The notes beneath the pieces were generated by a model. It was not told the origin of the DNA and ran no database searches. It was given only the letters and a program-made list of their open reading frames with translations. Of a DNA stretch of 64,000 nt, positions 48,839 through 60,800 are shown in pieces. Source of the DNA: Catajapyx aquilonaris (Eukaryota); contig JYFJ02001671.1 of the NCBI GenBank assembly GCA_000934665.2, positions 1-64,000 of the forward strand. Reading direction: 5' to 3'. How positions within the stretch are numbered: the stretch's first letter is position 1; every line of letters begins with the position of its first letter. Made by a program: the position numbers and the translations under genes.

Positions 48839-51800
48839 ATGGCGAACTCGGGGAACCAAGGCATGGAGAACCTCATCCCGATCGTCAACAAGCTCCAGGA
48901 TGCCTTCACGCAGCTGGGCGTGCACATGCAGTTGGACCTCCCGCAGATCGCAGTCGTCGGAGGACAGAGCGCCGGGAAGAGCTCCGTGCTAGAGAACTTC
49001 GTCGGGAGGTCAGTCAGTCTCTCTGTTCATATACAGGGGCCGGGGGAGACGGGTTTATTAAAAAGAGAAGAAGAGGAGTTGGTGGGGGTAAGAGGGGGTG
49101 GAGGGGTAGGGGGAGGAGGAGAGGTGAAGGCCATGATTGATCCGGAGAAATGTGATCAATAAAGGGGCTGAAAAGAAGAGAGGAGGAGGAGGAGGGAGGG
49201 CACACAGCATGTGTGCTTGCGTGGGAGGGTGCGTTTTAAGGTCACACACACTGCCCTCCTCATGTACGATGCTCATGTACCACCCCTTGCGGGACACACC
49301 GTTCAATGAAATAAAAGGTGTCCCCCGGTCGCCCCGGACAAGGCATTCCGCACTCTATTTACTTAGTGTTTCATCAGGTCTTACGTAATTAAATTTATAT
49401 AATCTATTGTATTTCATCTAGTTAAAACTTTTATTGGGTTGAATTTTTGTTACTGCTAACCGCTGCTAACTTAGCAGTGACATGGTCAACACTGGCACTG
49501 CTTCGTTAGAAGTAACTAGCAGTGGGACTAAAATTCCGCCCATTATACAGGGTGGTCCAAGTTCAAGTGTCGTTTTATAACGGCGATTAATAGAAGCGCT
49601 TAACGATGACGTAGCAGCGACGTGTAAAATTGCCCACTTCGATTGCGCCGAAGATGCACCGAAGTGGGACATTTTACGCGTCGCTGCTACGTCATCGAAA
49701 AATCACTGCTATTAATCGCCGTTATAAAACGACACTTGAACTTGGACCACCCTGTATTTTTCTAATTGAATGGCCCGCTGGAACAAAAGCCCAAGTCCAG
49801 TCCAAGAAGTGGGTGGGCACGAAGGAAATATTTTTTTCCTGGGAATGGCAATGAGTCCTAGGCATTTGACTTCGTGAGACAGGCCCATAAAGGCCGCCCT
49901 GAATATAATATGGCGAGATTCCCGCATCGATACAACAATCAGTGGAACCGTATTTTGCAATTTACATATTTGGACTTGGACTTTTGTTTTGTTGGGAATG
50001 ATCGACTTGAGCTTTTGTTCCATAGGAACGTGGACTGCTGAAAAGGAATTCTGTTGAGTGGCTGCTAATATTTGCAGTTTGTGTGATGAAGCAACATTAT
50101 GCCGTACCAATATTGCTTTCACAGGGTCAAATATACGTGCTGTACATCCCTATATGGTACTCCCAGAGGACCATTCGACAACAGTTGATATTCTTTCTTG
50201 CTGCATTCCTATGAGGTCAGTCAGACACCAAGAGGCGTGTACTGGCCGAGGCCGTCTTGAGTTGAACTCGAGGATGCGACTCTACCTGACGTTAAAATGA
50301 CGTATGCTGGGCAAGCAATCAACACCCAGCACACGTCATTTTGACGTCAGGTAGAGTCGCATCCTCAAGTTCAACTCAAGACAGCCTCGGCCAGTGTACG
50401 CCTCTTGGTGTCTGACTGACCCCACATGAATGACATGCCCGCCAGTGCAACACGAGTATGCAGCAAGAAAGAATATCAACTGTTGTCGAATGGTCCTTTG
50501 GGAGTACCATAAGCATGTACAGTACGTATATTTGACCCTGTGAAAGCAATATTGGTACGGCATAATGTTGCTTCATCCCGCAAACTGCAAATATTAGCAG
50601 CCACTGAACAGAATGTGTTTTCAGCAATCCGCGTTCCTATGTAACAAAAACCCAAGTCCATCATTCCCAAAGGAACAAAAGTCCCAAGTCCAAATCAGTA
50701 AATTGCAAAATTCGGTTCCCCTGAGAGTTGTATCGATGCGGGAATCTCACCATATAATTATACGGGTATCTCACCATATAATTATACGGGTGGCCTTTAC
50801 GGACCTGTTTCACGAAGTCAAATGCCTAGGGCTCATTGCCATGTCCAGGAAAAAAATATTTCCTTCATGCTCACCCATTTCTTGGACTGGACTTGGGGCT
50901 TTTGTTCCAGCGGGCCATTCAATTTAATTCGCTGTAGGCTATTTACCTTATTCATTTAATATATAGTACTTCATCTAATTAATTTTTTGTTATTTAATAC
51001 GTTATGGCATCAAATAGTTAATTTTGATATTCCGGACATGGCAAGGCATTACGTACTTATTTACTTTTCCACATATTACTTATCTGATTTAATTATTTTT
51101 ATATTTGATGTATTTGTGTAATTTATTTCATGGGTTATTTATTATATTATGGTACAGTACCCCCTAAAAGAGCTGTGCCCTGTCACAGGGTAATAAATAA
51201 ATAAATAAATAAGTATTAATGTACTCTATGTTGTTAAATCAATTAAATTTAATACCCAGAGTACATACGTGGCAAGACATGTACTTTTTTATTATGTAAT
51301 TTCAATTCCCCCGACATGGCATCTTTATTTATTATAACACCCTGGATATTATGGTAAAACATGTACTTATTTGTTTACTTATTTTAAGACATTGGGCATG
51401 ACATTACGGGCTAATTCAACCAATTAGGCTGTACGTGACAGGCGTCTTAATGATATTGGGTGCCATAAGTGTGGCATACAACGCCAGGAAGGCCTTGCGA
51501 CGAAACCCACTCTTCTATCAGTAGATTGCGATTAGGTAATCACAGGATGAGATTAAATGTTAACGTCACCTGCATGTTGAGTCATGCTGTATTTTTATAC
51601 AAATGTACAAATGTTTTTGTTGTGGTGGTTAATTAAATGTATGTTTTCAGGGATTTCCTGCCTCGTGGAAACGGGATTGTCACAAGACGGCCGCTCATAC
51701 TGCAGCTTTACAACAACCCTTCAGGTGAGGATCCCCTGCAAAAATCCTGACCTACCCTGCGACTCAGCAATCACGGCCAGCCGGGGGAAGGCTATTTGCC

Positions 51801-54800
51801 TCCCAATTTGCAGGCCATAAATCTCATTAGCCTCCAGCTCCCCTCCATCCACCGCCTCCCTTCGCTAAAGCCAATCCGTCTCTCTCTCTCGCACCTCTCC
51901 CCCTTAACCGTTTATTTGATGATGAGCTGATAATTAGATCCGTGGTTGCAAATCCAGAAGTGACATGTTTTTCTACTGAGTCGACAATCACTTCAATTTA
52001 CAAGTGCGGGCAGTTGCTATTTGAGGCGCCCGCTTTAAGCTTGTGATGACATTAAAGCACTGTCACATGCCATGTTTTTTTGTTGTTGCAGAGTACGGCG
52101 AGTTCTTACACTGTAAGGGAAAGAAGTTTATGGACTTTGATGAGATCAGGAAAGAAATCGAGGCTGACACGGATAGACTGACGGGAACCAACAAGGGGAT
52201 CTCCAATGTTCCAATCAACTTGCGAGTTTACTCTCCCCACGGTGAGTTACTTCACACATGTATTGGTAACCTGCTGACTGATCTTAAAAGGAATTTACTT
52301 TTCAACAATGTTCACTGCGAGTGAAGTGAGCCCAGGGCGTGTACCTTACGAATTTTTTCTGTGCCCGTGAATTCCTTTACATCATGCGCCGTGGTGTGTG
52401 GAGTTTGACCACGATTATTCTGATTCAATTGCAATGAATAATTAATGCAGCGGTGACTCAGATCGCGGGCAATTAAATCAGGAATTGGTATGGGTCATCA
52501 CGAGTGGTGCAGCCACATGTCACTTTTTTTTAACCTCCCTTCCACTTTCTATGTCGCAAGTATTGTGTAGCATGTGACTTAATGAGGTGGTTGCGGAAGC
52601 AGCATTACATATGTCGCGGTTGACTGGATGCTGTCTTCCTTTCCCGTCATTGTCATGGTAAATCATTGCGGAATCGGATGAAAGCGAAATAACTTCCTCA
52701 AAATTTAGTAGGGCAGTTGTGCCAGGTCATGATCGTCATATTGCCATTGTGATGTCGAGTATGAAAGGTCAGGTAATCATTAAGTGATATATGATGAGAA
52801 TGTTATCGAAAACACAGTTGAACGGCAAATAATTATGAGCTGCTCTGTGATGAACTTCTGTAAACATATTAGTCAGATTAATGTCTCTTTTTCATGAAGC
52901 GTTGACAAATTTGAACAAGCATATCTTCAGTGGACAATTCAGTTGAGTGATTTTAGAGATCACGTTCACTAGACTCAATTGTCCACTGAAGATAACACTT
53001 GTTTACGTGGGATATGCAAGAGAATGCTAGCGACATCGTAAGTGTTCCTTGTGTTTCTGGAGGCGATAAGATGGTATTGTGTGTGTGAAAAGCTTTTCTT
53101 TCAGCTTTCCAACTTTCCTGGTCAGACGAAATGCAATTTTAAAAAGCCATGATGATGTCGCATTTGTTAATGCAAAAGAAATTAAACTTGCATTCATGAT
53201 GGTTCATGTGGAGTACAAATAATTAACATGAGCCCCTGGGGCCGATGTTTCTTTTCCCCTTTTCCATTCCAATCCTCTCCGTTTTGCGAAACAGTTCTGA
53301 ACATCACGCTGATCGACTTGCCGGGTCTGACCAAAGTCCCAGTTGGTGACCAGCCTGTGGATATTGAGGCACAGATCAGGGACATGCTCATGCAGTTCAT
53401 TACCAAGGAGACTTGCCTTATTCTGGCTGTCACTCCTGCCAACACTGACTTGGCCACGTCTGATGCCCTCAATCTGGCCAAAATGACGGATCCTGATGGT
53501 AAAATAGGACAAGAAGCAGTCAGGGGGGCGGTTTTCGTTTTGCATGAAGATCAGTGTTGCGTACATGTTTCCCTTTGATGTTTCCGCACAGTCAGGTTAC
53601 GTTAGCATTGTCAATGCCTGACGTCTCGAAGAGTTATTTTACTCGCACAATTGTATTTTTCGTTTGCTGTGCCACCAGCTTGATACATTGTCTTATTTTT
53701 TGTTCGTTTTTTTTGTTTCTATTGCTTTTCAGTCCTGAGCCTGACCCTCATTGACCTCCCAGGCATGACCAAAATCCCTGTAGGTGACCAGCCTGCCGAC
53801 ATAGAGACCCAGATCCGCAACATGATATTGCAGTTCATCAAAAGGGACTCGTGTCTCATTTTAGCCGTGACCCCGGCCAATGCCGATCTGGCCACTTCCG
53901 ATGCCTTGAAAATGGCCAAGGAAGTTGATCCGCAAGGTATCTCTTTGCTTTTATTTTTTTGAACAATAAGGAAGAGTTTGAAAGGAAATATAATAGTCAG
54001 ATCACTAATTTAAAGGCAAAGTGAGACACTCTAATATCCCAATTGCGTATTCACTCGCAACTAACCGATCTTTTTCATGCCAAAGTGTAGTGTGAGGATA
54101 ATGGTGATGTATTATTTACCCCCGCTTTGCATGAATGTCTCAAATTGCATGCTTTTAACACTTGAAGGGTCGCCCCAAATAATGTTGTAAGTGATTATTG
54201 TAACCCATGTCACTTACAACAGTATTCGGGGCGACCCTTCTTGTTGATGTTTTTATTTGTTCTGGGGTTGATTTCACGTCCGTCATGAGTTGTTGCCGGG
54301 ATCGACTGACTTTGTGTCTGTGACAGGTATGCGGACCATTGGTGTGATAACCAAGCTTGATCTTATGGATGAGGGAACGGATGCCAGGGATATTTTGGAG
54401 AACAAACTGCTCCCGCTGAGGAGAGGTTACGTAGGAGTTGTCAACAGGAGCCAGAAAGACATTGATGGTAGAAAAGACATTAAGGCGGCCTTGGCTGCGG
54501 AAAGAAAGTTTTTCTTGAGGTAAGTCGTACATCAAATTAAGATTTTCTCGAGTGTAATATTGTGCATCTCTCTCGCCTTTTAGCCACCCATCGTACAGGC
54601 ATATGGCGGACAAGTGCGGCACACCGTACCTGCAGCGGGTTCTGAATCAGCAGTTGACCAATCACATTCGGGAGTGCTTACCCAGCCTCAGAGATAAACT
54701 CCAGAAGCAGTACTTGCAGCTGGAGAAGGAAGTGGAACAGTTCAAGTATTTTAGGCCGGACGACCCTGCAATCAAGACTAAGGCTATGCTGCAGTAAGTT

Positions 54801-57800
54801 TTGTTTGGATCCGATGTTATGACTGTTGCAACCATGAGCACTGAGGATTGCCCTTTCCCTTCAACACAGGATGATCCAGCAGCTCCAGTCAGACTTTGAG
54901 AGGGCCATCGAGGGATCGGGCTCGGCCAACATCAACACGAACGAGCTGTCGGGTGGAGCCAAGATAAATCGCCTTTTCCACGAGCGGTTCCCGTTTTTGA
55001 TAGTCAAGACAGAGTTCAACGAGAAGGAGCTGAGGAAGGAGATTGCCTTTGCCATTCGCAACATTCACGGTATCAGAGTCGGACTGTTCACTCCTGACAT
55101 GGCCTTCGAGGCCATCGTCAAGAAGCAGATAGAAGGCCTGAAGGAACCAAGCCTCAACCTTGTAGATCTGGTCGTTATTGAGCTGTGCAACGTAGTCCGG
55201 TTCTGCACAGACAAGGTAATGCTATGACCTTCGTATGACCTTCAAGTGAACTATGAATAGTTAGGCGTTTATTAAATCATAAGTGCCTTTCGTGGGCATC
55301 ACTTCTCATGAAATCTTCCCTCTTAGATGGCAAGGTATCCCCGCTTACGGGAGGAGACCGAACGCGTCATAACGACACACATCCGCGAAAGGGAGCAGAT
55401 CTGCAAAGCACAGATACTTCTGCTCAATGACTGCGAGCTGGCCTACATGAACACCAACCACGAGGACTTTATCGGGTTCGCCAAGTGAGTAAACCGCCCT
55501 TTTTTCCATTTCCTGTCACTTTTTTATATATTCAAAGAGCATGCAGTTGTCGTTTTAGGTCATAGATCTTGTAGACGTGTATTGGGTTCGGGGGCAAAAT
55601 TTTGGTAAGGATTTCAATGTTTTGCCATGGGGTTCAATCTAGTGAGTGATGAAATGGTCTGCCTCACCATGCCATCACGAGATTGTTATGGCGTTTATTT
55701 TTTTTCAGTGTTACCATTTTTAACCGTTCCACCCCCCACTTTATAGGTACGATTTATTTGAGCCTGATACGATGGGGCCGGGGAAGATGACCAGGCAGGC
55801 CAGTTGCACCGGGTGACTAAAAATAGATCTTAAAAAAAATAAACGAGCTCGTGTTTTGTGATAATTAAAAAGCTTGTTGCCATCCCCTCACTCACTAAGA
55901 TTGACTTTGCTGCTAACCCCGTATAGCCAAGCCTCATTACGGCTTCTATTTATTTTGGTGTGCAAGTATGAAGTGAAAGGGGGTGTGAAACGAGGGAAAA
56001 AAAAAGAAAGGTGTGCCATGCTGACATCATTAATCAAAAGATTTGTAATTTCACAGTACCAAAGAGTTGCTTTTATATAATTTTTTTAGTAGTTATGTGT
56101 GGTTTTTTTTAGTGCATGGAGGAGTATTTTATTGGGTACAAAAATGACAGTTTGCTTTCGAGTGTGTCCGAGTGAAGGAACACTAGCGGCTTACATGAAT
56201 ACACCATTTATTTATCTGCTCCAACATGTGAACGCGTCGAGTAGTTTGTGATTCCGCAAGATAAATACCGACCATTTGCTCCCCAAAATGCTCCTGCACA
56301 AAAAATATTTTAAAAAGGTATCGTGGCAAGATTAATGATGGTAACTTTAAGACTTGAGTTGCATTATTCCCAGTTAATGCATGACACATCTATTTTAAGT
56401 AATATACCCTCATTGGACATTTGCTTTTTTTTTAAATTAAAAAAATAATAATAAACATACATCTCCCATTATTTTAAAACCCAAGACTTTTTTTTGGGGG
56501 GTAGGCTGGGTTTGGATTTAAGATTTATCCACTGAAGTTTTATCCACAAGTTTTGTATACACCTTTGGGGGAAATGGTGTAACGAGACTGTATCGCATTG
56601 TAAAGTAATGCTTTCACTTTAAAGGCTGCAAAGTTTCCATCCGGCGGACAGAACAGAACGGTCAGTTTACCCAAAGACCTCCTCTAGTCCAAGCATTTTT
56701 AGTTCTGCACAAAACTCTCATATATATTATAAACTATATCGAAAAGTCATTTGCTACTTGACTTTTTTCAAAAAAAGCACGAGGCAAGTTGTTCAGGACT
56801 GACGGCCATCCCATTTTTTTTTTTTTTTTCTCTCTCTCGCTCCTCCCATCCTTTTCGCTTCTTGATCGTTACGGAACAAACCCTGCCTCAGTGCCCAGCA
56901 GAGCAGTGAGAACGCAGCAAAAGCAGGCCGCAAGCTTGGCAACCAGGTGATCCGCAGGGGCTACATGTGCATCCACAACCTGGGGATCATGAAGGGTGGA
57001 TCCAGGGACTACTGGTTTGTTCTCACCTCGGAGAGTCTCTCCTGGTTCAAGGACGAAGAGGTCAGTTGGTCACGTATTTTTAATTGCACACTTGCGCTGG
57101 GTTAAGATTTTGGCAATTGCCCGGACCCCTCCGCCACGCTCGCTTCCTCTGCCATGAGGTTGCAAGTGCCAGTTTATGAACTCGAGGGGAAGATTAATCG
57201 CCTCTGTTAAGGAAGCACCTGATTTCGATTCAGATGGAATGTGGGTGTGCCGTAAACAGTGGGACAGATCAGGCACCTCTTATGTCTCGGTGTGAAAAGT
57301 ATGATTCCTTTTGGGAGACATGAAGTAATACTTTTTTTTACCGCGTTTGCAGGAGAGAGACAAGAAGTACATGCTTCCTCTTGATGGCCTTAAATTAAGA
57401 GACATCGAGCAAGGGTTCATGTCTCGAAGGCACACATTTGCCATTTTCAATCCAGAAGGGCGAAATGTTTATAAGGTAAGAACCATTTTTGCCGCCCCCA
57501 CCTTTTTAAAGTTACGACTTAAATGCAACGTTTGAAATTTGCAGGACTACAAGCAACTCGAGCTCAGCTGCGAAACTGCGGAAGATGTCGACTCTTGGAA
57601 AGCTTCGTTTCTCAGGGCTGGCGTTTATCCCGAGAAGGCTTCGGATCAGCAGAACGGAGACGAGGTCAGTTCGAAATTATCGCTTGGCAATGAAAACCAG
57701 GGTTTGCAAAGTCCTGTGTTGTTTATGACAATGTGCGTAACTAACACCTTGTCTCTTTGCCCTCTTTTGTTATAGGGAACGGTAAGTGTTTAAAAATGGG

Positions 57801-60800
57801 GAAACCTAACTCCAAACAGTTACGACCTAACCTCCCTCCCCACTCAAAAAAGAAAAGGTGAGGTTGATCAGATCCAGTTTGTAGTTGCAATTTTAGTTCT
57901 GTTTTTTTTGGCAGGCTGGAAACCTTATCCTCTTGATACAGTATTGCTGGGCTCAGTTTCGTTTTGCAAGGGGAGTGGTGTTTGGTTGCTTTATTTTCCC
58001 ATGTATCTTTGCGTCGTACATTTTGGTTGGGTGCTCTTGATTTACTGTTACACATTGCTTTACTTAGTTGGAAGCGATGCAGTCCGACTGGCTATTTTTT
58101 ATTTACGTTGTTGCACCTCACTATTGCCTGTGTACAAAATAAGTGCACCACATTGTACTCGAATTGATGATCAATAGGTTTTGAATATAACTGGGTAAAG
58201 TTAAACGATAGTTACTCGATCACTGCGGCAGACCAGATTGAATTGAGCGATGTTATGCCATACTAATGCGGAAATAGGTCACGTAGTTGTTGATATTTTT
58301 CTATGGCAGTGTCTTTACATGGTTTGCAGCAGTATTGCAGCTGCATTGTACTCAATAACTTCGTACAGTTTTGCTCTTTGAACTTGGGGAAAGGGGTTGC
58401 TGCCCTCATTCCGCAAACATGATGAAGATATTAATTAGTGCGAATATGCCAGAGTTGATGGAAGGAGGGCAGTGTGTGCCACGGTGTCCTTTTGTGTACA
58501 TACAAATATTTTCACGCCTGATGAGCATCGAATGATGGGAGTGCGAGCTACTTGTCCCTCCCTGATCTTCGATGCTCCTTGCAAATATGTTTTTGTGTTG
58601 TTTTTTTCCCTTCAATGTGCTTTCCCTAAACCATGTTTCTTCTTTCCAAAAATGGCCAAAAATGCTGGTTTCTACAGAATGAGGTGTGTTCTGCTTAAAT
58701 GAAATTATTGGTGCATGCAGTGCATTTTGATTTGTGTTTTCTTGCTGCCTGTGCACGGATCTCTTAGCGAGTACCTCGGAGCTTAAATTGTGCAACTCAC
58801 ATTTGCTGCGTCTGTGTATTTTTGCAGCCGATTTTACACCTTTGTTTTTATCACACGAAACAAATTTTAAGTAGTAGGAAAACGGGAATTAGCTCTTTTG
58901 TTGCATCTGTCAATAACTACAATTACCTGCCAGTTTCTTCGAGAAATATTTTTGCCAAATTGTAAGTCACTTTTCGAACTATTGCGATAATGTTTGATGA
59001 AGGTTGTGTTCCAATCCATCCTTTACCCTGGAGTGCGCATGAAAGTAGCCTGTGTTGAGAACCTTTGCACTTGCAGTTGGTTGACATATACTTCCCATGA
59101 GCTTACTTGATTACCGCTGGGATTAGTCCGCTGCCTAATCGCAGGCTGGCAGAAATTATGTGAAAGTGACGCATGGACTATCGATTAGCAGTCGCAGTAC
59201 CAAGTAAGATTTTGCGGAGGTATGTTAGTGCTCATTCAACACTGGATGTGAAATAGCGTGTTAGGCATACACTGTCGTGTGAGTGTATTTTATCTGGTGT
59301 GCCTTCTTCTCCACCTTTCCCTTTGCCTTTATCGACTTTCTCAGTACATTTGGCGTAGTTTGCATGGATGGGAAGCCTAATGGAAATGCATTTTCTTTGC
59401 GCTCCCAACCACCCAAAGCAGAGTGGCGGGGACACGTCATCCCTGGATCCTCAACTGGAACGCCAGGTGGAGACGATACGCAACCTGGTGGACTCTTACA
59501 TGAAGATTGTGACCAAGACCACCCGTGACCTGGTGCCCAAGTCAATCATGAACCTTGTCATCAACGATGGTAAGGACTTCATCAACGGGGAGCTGCTGGC
59601 CCAGCTCTACGCCACGGGCGACACGGTCAGTAGCGTCACTTTGGCCTGAAGCTAGGAGAAGCCTGACTCAATGGGGCTTCACTCTTTCAGCAAGCGATGA
59701 TGGAGGAGAGTCAGGAGGAGGCGCTTAAGCGAGAGGAGATGCTGCGGATGTACCATGCATGCAAGGAGTCTCTCAGAATCATCGGGGACGTCTCCACGGC
59801 CACTGTCTCCACCCCACTGCCGCCTCCAATCAGAGGAGGAGACGACCAGTATCTTAGGACAGGTTCAGAGAGTCCCAGGTACGGTAGAGGTTTGCAGATT
59901 GCATCGTGTCGGGCATGACTCCCATTAGCATCAATGCGTTGTTGTGGATGCTGCTTGGTTCCCACTAAAGAGAGGCAGTTGATTCTGCGGCTATGCTTAT
60001 TCCCTGATAAGAAAATTGCAATTCATTATTGAAACACCTGTAAAAAAAATTTGAATAGTTGATATCCGCATTTTTAGAGCCACCAGTGTTTGGGAAGACG
60101 AGAAAGCCTAAATATTATCTGCATGTCTTGTCGCTTTTGGTGTGTAGTTACATTTGTCGTTTTTTTTTCTCTCCCCCTCCCTTACCAACTCTCTCCGCAT
60201 GCCCATTGTCGCCCTGTTCTCCTGCTTTTGGTTTTCCCGTCTCCTGTACCCCCTAACCGTATCCAGTCTCCCCAGGCAGCCTCCGTCGTCACCTGGTGGC
60301 CCAAGGAGGGGCCCTCCTCCCACGGCTCCTGCCGCAATGGCCCCAAGCGGAGGTGGGAGGGGCCCCCCTCCAGTACCACTCACCAGGCCTGCTCCGTCTG
60401 TGCCCAACAGGCCCACAGCAGGGGCCCCGCAGGGTGGTAGGCCAGGGGTAGGACTGCCCCCACCGCTCATCCCTTCGTAAGTACACTTTGTAACATTGCA
60501 TGTTGTGTTTAAGGAGGTTAGAGGTACAACCAAAGGTACGACCATCTGTAAACGCAAACCAAATCATTGGCCGCAGTCATTAATTCATCAAGTGTGTATA
60601 GATGGTCATACTTTTCGTGTAGGATGCGTAGTGCTTTGGAGAACAAGTGTTTTGTGCATTAACCGTGGAAAGGTGCTTAGAAATTGTACGAGCCAGCCAG
60701 CGTTTAGAACACAAGTACGTAAGCCGAAGTGACGTAAAGTCCATCCAATCATCAGTAGTGGGAAGTACATGTAGATTGAACTTATCCGCACATTTTTGGA

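Noticed and set aside
53022..53164. Alternative docking/selector pairing (GCGACATC/GATGTCGC, and AATGCTAGCG with CGTTAGCATT at ~53600)
   Set aside because: Only 9-10 bp helices with G-U pairs; not distinguishable from chance without conservation data.
53295..53498. Exon 4a as a pseudo-exon or assembly duplication
   Set aside because: It is too diverged from 4b at nucleotide level for an assembly artefact, yet retains length, frame, splice sites and catalytic motifs.
60108..60557. Gly-rich minus-strand ORF
   Set aside because: Antisense shadow of the dynamin proline-rich exon.
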